Position numbers and translations under genes: made by a program. From Sphyrna mokarran (taxonomy: Eukaryota), in the NCBI GenBank assembly GCA_024679065.1, contig JAGIQG010000009.1, forward strand, positions 30,566,001 through 30,630,000: a stretch of DNA of 64,000 nt, read 5' to 3'. Numbering within the stretch: position 1 is the stretch's first letter; the number at the start of each line of letters is the position of its first letter. Positions 35,576-47,020 of the stretch are shown one piece after another. A model generated the notes under the pieces. The model saw nothing but the letters and a program-made list of their open reading frames with translations, was not told where the DNA came from and made no database searches.

Positions 35576-37732
35576 TTAAATCAGTTTTCTATACCCCTCC
35601 ATTCCCATTCTGTTCATGTGCCCGTCTAAGTATTTCTTAAATAACTCCAGAGTACCTGCCTCCACCACTTTACTTGGCAGTGCATTCCATACCCCCACCA
35701 CCCTCTGTGTGAAAAAACTCCCTCTAGCATCCAAATTATACCTTACCCCACTCACCCTAAGCCCGTGACCCCTCGTGCTATTTGAGTCCATCCTAGGAAA
35801 AAGCTTAACCCTGTTTACTCTATCTATCCCCTTCAAAATCTTGTACACCTCTATCAGATCTCCTCTAAGTCTACGTCTTCCTAAGGAAAACAGTCCCAAT
35901 TTGCCTAATCTCTCCTCGTAACTCAGACCTTCCATACCAGGCAGCATCCCGGTAAACCTCCTCTGCACTCTCTCCAGAGTCTCCACGTCCTTCCGGTAGT
36001 AAGGCGACCAGAACTGGACACAGTATTCCAAATGAGGTCTAACCAGCGATTTATACAACTGCAACATTAAAGGCCAGCTCTTGTACTCTATACCCCTTCC
36101 TATAAAGGCTAGCATACCATATGCTTTCTTCAGAACCTTCTCCACCTGCTCTGCCACCTTCAGAGACTTGTTCACCTGTACCCCCAGGTCCCTCTGCGTT
36201 TCTATACTCTTAATAGGTCTACTCTTTATCATATACCTCCCCTCTACATTCTTTCTCCCGAAATGCATCACCTCACATTTATCAGGATTGAATTCCATCT
36301 GCCATCTGTCTGCCCAAGCTACCGGCCTATCTATGTCCTGCTGCATCGCCTGACAATGCTCCTCACTATCCGCAAGTCCAGCCATCTTTGTATCGTCTGC
36401 AAACTTGCTGATCACGCCACTTACTCCCTCTTCCAAGTCATTTATATATATTACAAATAGAAGAGGTCCCAGTACCGAGCCCTGCGGCACACCACTAGTG
36501 ACCAACCTCCAGCTAAAGAAACACCCTTCCACTATTACTCTCTTTCTCCTATTACCAAGCCAGTTAGTTATCCATCTAGCTACCTGTCCTTGTATCCCAT
36601 TTGCCTTGACCTTCTCGACTAACCTCCCATGAGGGACTTTGTCAAACGCCTTACTAAAATTCATATAGACGACATCAACGGCTCGCCCTTCGTCCACCGT
36701 TTTTGTCACCTCCTCAAAAAATTCTACCAGATTTGTAAGGCACGACGTCCCCTTAACAAATCCATGCTGCGTATCCCTAATCAGATTGCAACGCTCTAAG
36801 TGCCTATACATCCTATCTCTAAGAATCACCTCCAACAGCTTCCCCACCACTGACGTCAAACTCACCGGCCTATAATTTCTGGGGTTATCCCTACCACCCT
36901 TTTTAAACAACAGTACAAGATTAGCTATTCTCCAGTCCTCTGGGACCTCACCTGTGTCCAAGGAAGAGTCAAAGATTTGCGTCACAGGCCCAGCAATTTC
37001 ACCTTGCACCTCTCTAAGCAGTCTGGGATAAATGCCATCAGGTCCTGGAGATTTATCAGTTTTAATGCTACCTAGAAGCTCTAACACTTCCTCCTTCGGT
37101 ATGGATATTTCCCTCAACTGGTCCACAGCTCCCTCAGAGACAGGAGCTGTCAACAAGCCCCTCTCCTTCGTGAATACCGACGCAAAGTATTCATTCAGGA
37201 TCTCCGCCATTTCCTCGGGCTCTAAGCACAGTTTCCCTCCTCTGTCCCTAAGAGGTCCGATTTTTCCTCTAACCACCCTTTTATTCCTAATATAGGAGTA
37301 AAAAGCCTTTGGGCTTTCCTTAATCCTATCCACCAAAATCATTTCATGCTCCCTTTTTGCCCTTCTAACTCCCTGTTTGAGCTTCCTCCTACTCTCTCTA
37401 TATTCCTTCAATGCTGTCTCGGTTCCCAGCTGCTTCGACCTATCATACGCTTCTCTTTTCTTCCTAACCAAGTCCTCAATATCCCTAGTAATCCACAGCT
37501 CTCTAATCCTACCTTTCCCATCTTTCCTCTTGGCTGGCACGTACTTATCTTGCAACATTTTCAGCATTCCCTTGAAAGAATCCCACATGCCTAGCGTGGA
37601 CTTACCCTCAAACAACCGTTCCCAATCAGTTTCCCTAAGTTCCTGCCTAATTCGACCATAGTTAGCCTTCCCCCAATTCAGCACCCTGCCCCTAGGGCAA
37701 CAAGCATCCTTTTCCACCTGTAGCTGTATCAT
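35576..37732 (-). CDS. CR1 LINE ORF2 (5'-truncated; RT domain and C-terminus, 718 aa open)
   Basis: KSPGPDGIYP, NYRPVSLTS, QHGF, YMNFSKAFDKVPH, GVPQGSVLGP, KFADD, VRPHLEYCVQFW. The endonuclease domain is missing. Confidence 0.95.
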   Translation of the reverse strand: MIQLQVEKDACCPRGRVLNWGKANYGRIRQELRETDWERLFEGKSTLGMWDSFKGMLKMLQDKYVPAKRKDGKGRIRELWITRDIEDLVRKKREAYDRSKQLGTETALKEYRESRRKLKQGVRRAKREHEMILVDRIKESPKAFYSYIRNKRVVRGKIGPLRDRGGKLCLEPEEMAEILNEYFASVFTKERGLLTAPVSEGAVDQLREISIPKEEVLELLGSIKTDKSPGPDGIYPRLLREVQGEIAGPVTQIFDSSLDTGEVPEDWRIANLVLLFKKGGRDNPRNYRPVSLTSVVGKLLEVILRDRMYRHLERCNLIRDTQHGFVKGTSCLTNLVEFFEEVTKTVDEGRAVDVVYMNFSKAFDKVPHGRLVEKVKANGIQGQVARWITNWLGNRRKRVIVEGCFFSWRLVTSGVPQGSVLGPLLFVIYINDLEEGVSGVISKFADDTKMAGLADSEEHCQAMQQDIDRPVAWADRWQMEFNPDKCEVMHFGRKNVEGRYMIKSRPIKSIETQRDLGVQVNKSLKVAEQVEKVLKKAYGMLAFIGRGIEYKSWPLMLQLYKSLVRPHLEYCVQFWSPYYRKDVETLERVQRRFTGMLPGMEGLSYEERLGKLGLFSLGRRRLRGDLIEVYKILKGIDRVNRVKLFPRMDSNSTRGHGLRVSGVRYNLDARGSFFTQRVVGVWNALPSKVVEAGTLELFKKYLDGHMNRMGMEGYRKLI

Positions 37733-38174
37733 CTGTAGCTATTTTCCATCATTAGCTGTAGTATTCCTAGCCTCTGAGCTGCTCTTGTAGCCACTGTGTT
37801 TATGTGGTGAGTCTAGTTGGGTTTCTAGTCAATGGTAATCCCAGGGTGTTGATAATGGGGGATTCAGTGATGGTAACATTATTGAATGTCAAGGAGCAGT
37901 CGTTAGAGTGTCTCTTATTGGCGATGGTGATTGCTTGGCATTTGTGTGGCACAAATGTTACTTTACTACTTGTCAGCCCAAGCCTGGACATTGTACAGAT
38001 CTTGTTACATTTGAACATGGACTGCTTCAATGTCTGAGGTGTCGCGAGTGAATACTGAGCAATCGTCGGCGAACTTCCCCACTTCTGACCTTATGATGGA
38101 GGAAAGGTCATTGATGAAGCAGCTGAAGATTGTTGGACCTAGGGCACAACTCTGAGGGACTCAGGCTAGTGTTC

Positions 38175-38690
38175 TGGGTTTTCAAACATTAGACATTAAG
38201 GCTACCAATGAAGAGTTAAATAATTCTTGAAACAATAAACTAACAAGAGAATAATAGTTTACACAAATGTGAATGCGGTAAGAGAATTAAACAGGCAATT
38301 ATGATTTTAAAATATATATGCTAATATTTAATGTATTTTAAGCATTATACGAATCATTGTTCGCTTGAGTTGAAAGCAGGTTAATGCGAGGTATGATGGT
38401 AAAGGTGACTAGTTCAGGACCAAAGCCTCGGAACCCTGTAGTCAGCAAAATTCATATTTCTTATGTGGGAACATTTTGCAACATCGGAATGTTTATTTTC
38501 TAGACTTAGGATGGAAATGCACCTGGACGCAGGGTCATGTATCTATCCAGTTGGGCCATGATCCGGTGGGAACGTCCACTTTGACCATATATTAAGCATC
38601 TAAGTTAACTAGGCAATAGGGAAGTGACTTTAGCCAAGGAGGGAATTAGCGTCTGGATTTAATGGATGAATAGGATTGATTTGATTTATT
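38175..38690 (+). repeat. ERV 3' LTR, continued
   Basis: 38178-38471 repeats 28623-28943. Extension beyond 38473 is inferred. Confidence 0.7.
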
Positions 38691-38698
38691 ATTTCACA

Positions 38699-39032
38699 TG
38701 GGTGGCATGGTGGCACAGTGGTTAACACTGCTGCCTTGTAGCTCTGGAGAACTTGGTTTCGATTAGCATCTGGATCACAGTGTGGAGTTTGCACATTCCC
38801 TTTTTGTTTGCATGGATTTGCTCTTTGTGCTCTGTTTTCCTTCCGCAGTCTGAAGATGCGCGGGTTAGGTTGACTGGCCATGATAAATTTCCCTCTGGTG
38901 TCCTGGGATGCGTAGGTTAGAGGGGTTACGGGGTGGATATGTGGAATTAGGGGAATGGGGCCTGGTAGGGTTGTTGTTGGTGTAGACTCGATGTGCTGAA
39001 TAGCCTCCTTCTGCGCTATAGGTTTCTATGAA
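38699..39032 (+). mobile_element. HE1-like V-SINE
   Basis: gggtggcatggtggcacagtggttaacactgctgcc head, V-domain, tttctatg tail. Confidence 0.88.
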
Positions 39033-39034
39033 TT

Positions 39035-41580
39035 AGTATAAAGTGAAAAGTATTGTTTCTTGCATGCTGTACAGACAAAGCATAACATTTATAGAAAAGG
39101 AAATGTGAGAGTGCAGAAAGTAGTGTTACAATCATAGTTAAAGTGTAGAGAAAGATCAACTTAATGCAAGGTAGGTCCGTTCAGAGGTTTGACAGCAGCA
39201 GGGAAGAAGCTGTTCTTGAGTCAGTTGATGCTTGACCTCAAGCTTTTGTATCTTTTTCCTGATGGAAGAAGGTGGAAGAGAGAATGGGGTTGATGGTGTC
39301 CTTAATTATTCTGGTTGCTTTGCCGAGGCAGTAGAACGTGTAGACAGAGTCAATAGGTGGGAGGCTGGTTTGCATGATGAATTGGGCTACATTCACAACC
39401 TTTTATAGTTCCTTGCAGTCTTGGGCACAGCAGGAGCCATACCAAGCTGTGATACAACCTGAAAGAATTATTTCTATGGTGCAGTTGTAAAAGTTGGTGA
39501 GAGTCGTAACTGACATGCCAAATTTCCTTAGTCTTCTGAGAAAGTAGAGGCATTGGTAGGCTTTCTTAACTATAGTGTTGACATGGGGGGCCAGGATAGG
39601 TTGTTGGTGATCTGGATACCTGAAAGCTTAAAGCTCTCGACTCTTTCTACTTCATCCCCATTGATGTAGACAGGGTTATGTTCTCCTCTACGCTTTCTGA
39701 AGTCGATGACAATCTCCTTCATTTTGTTGACATTAAGGCAGAGATTATTGTCGCCGCATCAGTCCATCAGATTCTCTATCTCATTCCTATGCTCTGTCTT
39801 GTCATTGTTTGAGATCTGTCCCATTATGGTGGTATTTTCAACAAACTTGAAAATCGAATTAGAGGGGAATTTGGCCACACAGTCATAGGTGGATAAGGAG
39901 TACAAAAGAGGGCTGAGATCAGATCCTTGTGGGGTACTTTTGTTGAGGATGATTGTGGAGGAGGTGTTGTTGCCTATCCTTACTGATTGTGGTCCATGAG
40001 TTAGGAAGTTCTGGATCCAGTCGCAGAGGGAGATGCTGAGGCCCAGACCATAGAATTTGGAGATGAGTTTCATGGAAATAATGGTGTTGAAGGCTGAGCT
40101 GTAGTCAATAAATAGGAATCTGACATCGGTGTTTTTGTTATTTAGGTGTTCCAGGATTGAGATGGTGTATGCTGTGAACCTGATGCAGCGGTAGGCAAAC
40201 TGTAATGGGTCCAAGTAGTCAGGGAGGCTGTAATTGATTGGTGCTATGACTAGGCTTTCAAAGCACTTCATAATGATGGATGTCAGAGCCACCAGCTAAT
40301 AGTCATTAAAGCATGCTGCTTGGTTTTTCTTAGATACCAGGATGATGGACATCTTTTTAAACTCTGATTGTTGTAAAGAGAGGTTGAAAATATGTGCAAC
40401 TACTCCAGCCAGCTGATCTGTGCAGGATGTGAGTGCTTGTCTGGATACCCAATCAGGGCCAGTCATTTTCTGTGGTTGACCTTCCAGAAAAGTGCTCTGC
40501 AATGGTAACCCCAGATACAGGTTCATCCAGTGCTCCCTGGATGGAAGACATGCTCTTGTTGGCTTCTTGTTCAAAATGGGCGTAGAATGCATTGAGCTCA
40601 TCAGGGAGAGATGCATTGAATTCGGCGATTTTACATGCCTTCACCTTGTAACCTGTTATGTCTTGCAGACCTTACCGTAGTTGACAGGGGTCTGTATAAC
40701 TAACCTGGGACTCTAACTTAGTCCGGTACTGTCTTTCAGCATCTTTGATGGATCTCCTTAGATCATATCTGGCTTTCTTATACAGTTCAGAGTCACCTGA
40801 CTTGAAAGCCTCAGACCTGGACTTCAGCAAGCAGTGGATATCTGCTTGCTGAATCTCAATCCATCTCAATCCACTAGGCAGTCAAGTGGATAAAGTTGTT
40901 AAGAAGGCTTATGGAGTCTTAGCTTTTATTGGTAGGGGGATTGAATTTAGGAGCCGCAGCATCATGTTGCAGCTGTACAAAACTCTAGTGCGGCCGCACT
41001 TGGAGTATTGTGTGCAGTTCTGGTCGCCACATTATAAGAAAGATGTGGAGGCATTGGAGAGGGTACAGAGGAGGTTTACTAGGATGTTGCCTGGTATGGA
41101 GGGCAGGTCCTATGAAGAGAGGTTGAAGGATTTGAGGTTGTTTTCGTTAGAAAGGAGGCGGCTAAGGGGGATCTTATTGAAACATATAAGATAATTAGAG
41201 GTTTGGATAGGGTGGACAGTGATAGCCTTTTTCCTAGGATGGAGAAAGCTAGCACGAGGGGACACAGCTTTAAATTAAGGGGTATGAGTTATAGGACGGA
41301 TATCAGAGGTAGGTTCTTTACTCAAAGAGTGATTAGGGAGTGGAATGCCCTGCCTGCAGCTGTTGTAGATGCGCCAAGTTTGGTGGCGTTTAAGAGGTTA
41401 GTTGATAAGTATATGGATGAGAAGGGAATGGTTTAGTTAGGAGGGGCATTGCTTTTTATTTTGGTCGGCACAACATCGAAGGCCGAAGGGCCTGTTCTGT
41501 GCTGTATTGTTCTATGTTCTATGTTCTATCTCTGTTCATCCATAGTTTCCAGTTGGGGAACACATGGATTTGCTTCTTTG
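39035..41580 (-). mobile_element. Rex1/Babar LINE, 5'-truncated and decayed, split by CR1 at 40875-41528
   Basis: [91 protein letters not shown] lies beyond the CR1. Confidence 0.9.
40875..41528 (+). mobile_element. Young CR1/HER1 3' end
   Basis: ORFs 40886..41194 and 41203..41436 (one frameshift); tail (GTTCTAT)n. Confidence 0.95.
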
Positions 41581-41919
41581 ACACACATATCATTGTGCTG
41601 GATGGTAGAATGCAATTAGCTGAGGTGAATGTCAGGGACTATTACTGATGTATGTATACTAAAGGTAATTGATTTTAAGCTAATGTAAGATGGGAATGTT
41701 AAGAGAAACTATAATTGATCTGTTTTTGGGTGCATATGGCAGATTGTATATGCCAGATAGGAGAAGTTCTGTCACTCTACCTCTTCTGCTACTTATCCCT
41801 CTGGTCATCTCCTTGCAGCTGCTTGTTTTCTTTAAATAAATGTTAGGTCTTTATACAGGAATATCTGCCTCGTGAGTTTTATATTGCTTAAAGTACCGGT
41901 CATCTTGATTTACCCCACA
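41581..41919 (+). repeat. Probable R/U5 end of the ERV 3' LTR
   Basis: Resumes where Rex1 ends; AATAAA at 41835; ends TTTACCCCACA. No matching TSD seen. Confidence 0.4.
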
Positions 41920-42114
41920 ATAAGGTCGGAACAGCACTTATGCTCTGATTGCATGTAATTTTGCAATGCTGAACAAATAAAATAAATCCTATCTTGTGAA
42001 AGAGCAACTGGAAAAACAAAATACAAACAATTTTGTGAGTTTACTGTGGATTGTTTATTAATGTGCTCAGGAAAGTACATTTTGCCAGGTTGCTCTATTC
42101 CCAAAAACTAATGG

Positions 42115-42560
42115 AAACATAAAACATGGAAACTCAGAACAGTTGTAGGTGTTTTGTCCCTTTGAGCCTACATTCAGTATGATCATTGTTAATCCTCTTT
42201 CCCAATACCACACTCCAGCATTCTCCCCAAACCCTTGACACCTTCAAAATCCAGAAGTTTATTAATTTCCTTCTTAAATGTATTTAGTGATTTTGGCCTC
42301 CACAGCCTCCTGTGGTAGCAGTTTCACTGGTCAAATTCACTATCTTCAGAGTGAAAACATTTCCCCACATCTCAATCCTAGCTTAACCCGAGTCCTGTGA
42401 CTGTGGACACTTATTCTAGATTCTATAGTTAGAGAAAACAGCATCTCTACATCCAGTCCGTCTCTCCATGTCAAGAGTTTTATGTTTCAATTATATCCCA
42501 TCATATTCTTCTAAATTCCAGTGAATTCCAGGCCCAGGCTATCCAACCTCTTCACATATG
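42115..42560 (-). mobile_element. CR1 3' fragment, degenerate
   Basis: EFRRM..DIIET and AVEAK remnants plus CR1 3' UTR. Confidence 0.7.
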
Positions 42561-43307
42561 ATATCAGTGAAGAAAGCCTCAGATTCCTTGGTTTTATATG
42601 TACAAAAATAAACTTTACTGTACAAGGTCAGAAAATTTACTTATTTCCAATGGACTATCCGAATGCAGCATTTACCTGGTCAAATGGAAGTTAATTTTTG
42701 GACGACCACTCAAAATGTGGCCTTTCAATTCGCAGCAGTTTGAACCACCTCAATGATTTATTTATTATCTATTTTATGGTCTAACATTCAAGGTAAGTAT
42801 GAGAATGTGACTTAACAAGCCAATAGTAGTGGAATATATTACACTGTACAGTAAATGGCAGACGTAACCAAAACAGAGGTCATTGATTTCTGAATAACCC
42901 ACCACGTGTCAGTAACTCTATGAGCCAACAAATCTCACTGAAACTCTGTCTTATAAGGTATTCCGGTCTTCATTTTTGAAGATCTAATCTTGAAATTCTC
43001 CCAAAAAATTACTCCAACTCAATGGCATCAGTAACAGCCCACTTCACAGGGTTTCGATCTCAACTCCTGAGATTCTATTCAGCTATATTTCTGAGTATGC
43101 ATCCAAACACAAGCCCAATTTCAGCCTTTCAGCCATGCTGAGCAGATTATCACTGCTCCAAAGTGGTACCTTTATCCCAACAGCCATAGCATGAACATTT
43201 GACTCCCCACTTCATTTAAATCTGTTCCTGCCAGTTCCTTTCCTATTTTGAGCCAGTTTCTCTGCTCCTTTCTTTTTAATTGAAATTCTATCTAGAAGTC
43301 TTTTGGA

Positions 43308-44670
43308 CCATAAGACATTGGAGCAGAATTAGCCCATTGAGTCTACTCCACCATTCAATCATGGCTGATATTTTTCTCATTCTATTCTCCTGCCTTTTCC
43401 CCATAACCCTTGATCCCCTTATGAATCAAGAACATATCTATGTCTGTCTTAATGACACTCAATGACCTGGCCCCCCACAGCCTTCTGCGGCAAAGAGTAC
43501 CACAGATTCACCACTCTCTGGCTGAAGAAATTCCTCCTCATCTCTGTTTTAAAGGATCGTCCCTTTAGCCTGAGGTTCTAGTTTTAGCCATCTGGTTCTA
43601 GTTTTTCCTATCAGTGGAAGCATCCTCTCCATGTCCACACTATCCAGGTCTTGCAGTATCCTGTAAATTTCAATGAGATTCCCCCCTCGTCCTTCTAAAC
43701 TCCAATGAGTACAGACTCAGAGTCCTCAACATTCCTTATACGACAAGTTCTTCATTCCTGTGAACCTTCTCTGGACTCTTTCCAAGATCAGCACATCCTT
43801 CCTTAGATAAGGAGCCCAAAATTGCTCACAATACTCCAAATGGAGTCTGTCCAGAGCCTTATACAATCTCAGAAGTACACCCGTGCTCTTGTATTCTAGC
43901 TTTCTCGACATGAGTGTTAACATTATATTTGCCTTCCTAATTGTCAACTGAACCCGTATGTTAACTTTAAGAACAAGGACTCCCAAGTCCCTTTGTTTTT
44001 CTGATTTCCTAAGCATTTCCCTATTTAGAAAATAGTCTATGCCTCCATTCCTCCTTCCAAAGTGGATAACTTCACATTTTTCCACATTGTATTCCATTGG
44101 CCTCATCTTTGCCCATTCTTCTAATCTATCGAAGTTCTGCTGTAGCCTCTCTGCTTCCTTAATATTGTCCCTCTACGTATCTTTGTATCATCTGCAAACT
44201 TAGCAACAATGCCTTCAGTTCCTTCTTCCAAATTGTTAATGTATTTTGTGAAAAGTTGTGGACCCAGCACTGATTCCTGAGGCACACCACTAGTCACTGA
44301 CTGCTATCCAGAAAAAGACCCCTTTATATCCACTCTTTGCCTCCTGCCAGTCAGTCAATCCTCTATCCATGTGAGGATCTTATCCTTAATATTGTGGGCA
44401 TTTAACTTATTTAACAGTCTCCTGGTGGCACTTCATCAAAGCCTTCTGGAAATTTAAATAAATCACATCCACTGGTTCTCTTTAAGTAACTTCCTCATTA
44501 TTTTCTCAAAGAACTCTAACACCTTTGTCAGACATAACCTCCCCTTGACAAAGTCTGCTGACTCAATCGTATCTTATGCACTTCCAAGTACTTTGCAATC
44601 TCATCTTTAATAATGGAATCTAAAATCTTGCCAATGACCAAAGTCAGGCTAATTGGTCTATAATTTCCTG
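43308..44670 (-). mobile_element. CR1 RT/3' fragment
   Basis: [54 protein letters not shown]. Confidence 0.9.
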
Positions 44671-44967
44671 AATTATCAGGGAGCTCTCCCTTTTGGGACA
44701 ACTCATTGTCCCCTCTCCCTGTCCACTGCCAGGAATACTTACCTTCTATGAAGCTCTGCTCCTGCAAATGTGACCTTCCGCACCTTCTTTCCCATGCACA
44801 AACAACAGGTCCCCAACAAATGTAAAGATGCAGAATTGTGAATGTGCATTTTGCTCCTGATATGTGCATGCACTAAAACTCAGAGATCCATTGGGAGTGA
44901 AAGTTTCCTATTTCTACTCTCATCATTAAGATAAATTTGGTTTTCACAACAACATGTAGAAAACAGA

Positions 44968-45093
44968 GGGTGGGATTCTCCAGCTGTGTTGTCCCAAAAC
45001 TGGAGAATTCCATCTAAGATCAATGGACCTTTGCATGGTCTGTCCCCCACCCACTACAATTCCAATGGTGAGTGGGATGGGAGAATCCATCCC
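44968..45093. mobile_element. Harbinger-type MITE
   Basis: gggtgggattctcc / ggagaatccatccc; a related copy in opposite orientation lies at 45471-45613. Confidence 0.7.
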
Positions 45094-45100
45094 AAATGTC

Positions 45101-45441
45101 TGGAGTAAGTCTTCGGAGGCAAAATTCCTACACCAAAATCCATTTGTTAACAAGTCTAACAACAGCATACAGTGTGCTTTCAGTTAGTAGTCTACAATAG
45201 GAGTCCCAGAGGGACTGGCACTCCTGATTAAATGATGTGGAGAGGCCGGTGTTGGACTGGGGTAAGCACAGTAAGAAGTCTGACAACACCTTGTTTAAGT
45301 CCAACTGATTTATTTGATAGTAAATTGACTCCTGATTAAATACAAAGCATGAGCTCCCTGATGAGACCATCAATTTGGCTCTTAATCAGGGAGTTCATAT
45401 TCTAACAGGCCAACCTCAATTTCTTGATTATAGTCATTACA
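45101..45441 (-). mobile_element. Gypsy-type solo LTR carrying a 94-bp Penelope-end insertion
   Basis: TG...ATTACA, flanks ATGTC/ATGCC; homologous to 46337-47020. Confidence 0.6.
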
Positions 45442-45470
45442 ATGCCTCAAAAATGTGAAAAAAAGAGATT

Positions 45471-45613
45471 TGGGCCAGAATTCTCCTGTGTTGCCAACCA
45501 TGGAAATCGTAACTGGGGGGGAGCGGGGGGGGTTGGAGGGAATATACAAAAGTCCATTGACCATGGGTAGGACTTTCCGGCTTTGTGGCGAGTGCGGCCA
45601 AAGAATCCCACCC
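45471..45613. mobile_element. Harbinger-type MITE
   Basis: gggccagaattctcc / aagaatcccaccc. Confidence 0.7.
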
Positions 45614-45797
45614 TGGTTTTTAGCTGCTGCAGAATGGAGAAGTTCGATTCAAAATGTTAAAATTAATTATTTTAAATAAATGATTATTTTTTATGCTTCT
45701 TTGGTACTCTTTTTTTTCTAACTGGATCCTGAAGGGCTGTTTTAACTTATATCATGTTTTGCGTTGTCCCTGTCAGAAGCTCTGGGTTCAAGTCCCA

Positions 45798-45875
45798 TAG
45801 TAAGAAGTCTCACAACACCAGATTACAGTCCTTTGGTTGCACAAGCCACGAGCTTTCGGAGCACTGCCCCTTCCA
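45798..45875 (-). mobile_element. Penelope pseudo-LTR tip with 3' half of a hammerhead
   Basis: Minus strand GAAGGGGCAGTGCTCC-GAAA-GC-TC-GTG...ggtgttgtgagacttcttact; the CUGA box is lost. Confidence 0.65.
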
Positions 45876-46336
45876 ATGCCGGCATTTCCACTTCAAGTCC
45901 CACCCCAGGAAGATTCATTCTTGTGCAGTCAATGTCATTATGAATTGAATTGAATTGTATTGATTTATCAATGTCACATGTATTGGGATACAATGAAAAC
46001 TATTGATTCTTGCAAACTATACAGACAAAAGAGTACATGGAGGAGAAACAAAGGAGAGCATGTAGAATGTAATAATGCATATCAATGGTTGGTGTTAAAC
46101 GCCATGGTTGTTAAGAGCTGGTTAGTCATGGAATGAAAGTTGGAGTCTCTATCATCATTATCCATAGTCATTTAGAACATTGTTTAGGTTTGACCTATCT
46201 TGGAATATCAGATGGGCCAGTCAGACAATCATTCTAAACTGTTTGTTTTAGCATTAAATTTGTGACAATGTAGGTAACTAAGGATTAGCTCTGAGCATTT
46301 TGTACTATTGTGAACAACTAGATTTATCTGAATGCC

Positions 46337-47020
46337 TGTAATAACCCCATGGAGGCAAAAGCCCCATCACCAAGTTACTTTATTTACACCACATATCTGT
46401 ACAGAGCCAGCTCTTCAGTTGCTCTCAGTTGAATGCAAGCTGAAAGGCTGACACACCTGCTTTAAGTAGGGAGCATGAGACTCCCTGAGTTACCCATCAA
46501 TTAGGACTCATTGTTTTCATACCAACCAAATAAACAAACTCAAATTAACTTAGGGAGGACTCATCGGGTATCTGTTTTGACATCAATTAAACAAACTCAA
46601 ATTAACTTAGGGACAAATTAAAAGGGCAGCTCCCCAAAAGGAAAAGGGGAACAGCTCGAACAAAAAACAAAGTTGAAAGGAAACTTATAACATTAAATCA
46701 AGAGTAATTCTTAGGGCTGATAACGCAACCCTAGGACTCATCAGGTATCTCTTTTGACACAAACCAAATAAACAAACACCAATTAACTTAGGAACAAATT
46801 AAAGGGGGCAGCTCCCCAAAAGGAAGGGGGAACAGCTCAAACAAAAAAACAAAGTCAAAAGAAGGTTTAAAGCATTAAGTCAAAAGGTGATTATCAGGTT
46901 TGGTAATGCACCCCAGCTCCTGTGGTGTCCAGCGGGCGTGTGAAGGTGGACAGCACAGAACTCATCAGGTAGTTCATACCCTAGAAAGTCAACCTTATTA
47001 GTCTGGATGAAGTCATCACA
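46337..47020 (-). mobile_element. Gypsy-type solo LTR hosting the Tx1 tandem array
   Basis: TGTAAT...ATCACA, flanks ATGCC/GTGCC, minus-strand AATAAA near 46380. The uninterrupted homologue of the target is at 45370-45400. Confidence 0.7.
46512..46956 (-). mobile_element. Three tandem 5'-truncated Tx1-clade 3' ends (about 44, 162 and 209 bp)
   Basis: Longest unit encodes HARWTPQELGCITKPDNHLLT*. Units are separated by variants of AGGACTCATCAGGTA (46556-70, 46733-47, 46957-71; partial at 46503-11). Confidence 0.8.

Larger units (their letters stand above)
34503..38160 (-). mobile_element. CR1-group LINE (WQVTFAPHK lineage) inserted in the 3' LTR and itself split by a younger CR1
   Basis: Pieces 34503-35035 and 37755-38160; KVTFVPHKCQAITIANKR..N..LTFNNVTITESPIIN.LG. 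Confidence 0.8.

Noticed and set aside
46700-46750. Minus-strand CTGATGA followed by a hairpin, as a hammerhead
   Set aside because: The second box is GAAT rather than GAAA and there is no stem I. CTGATGA is part of the duplicated target site.
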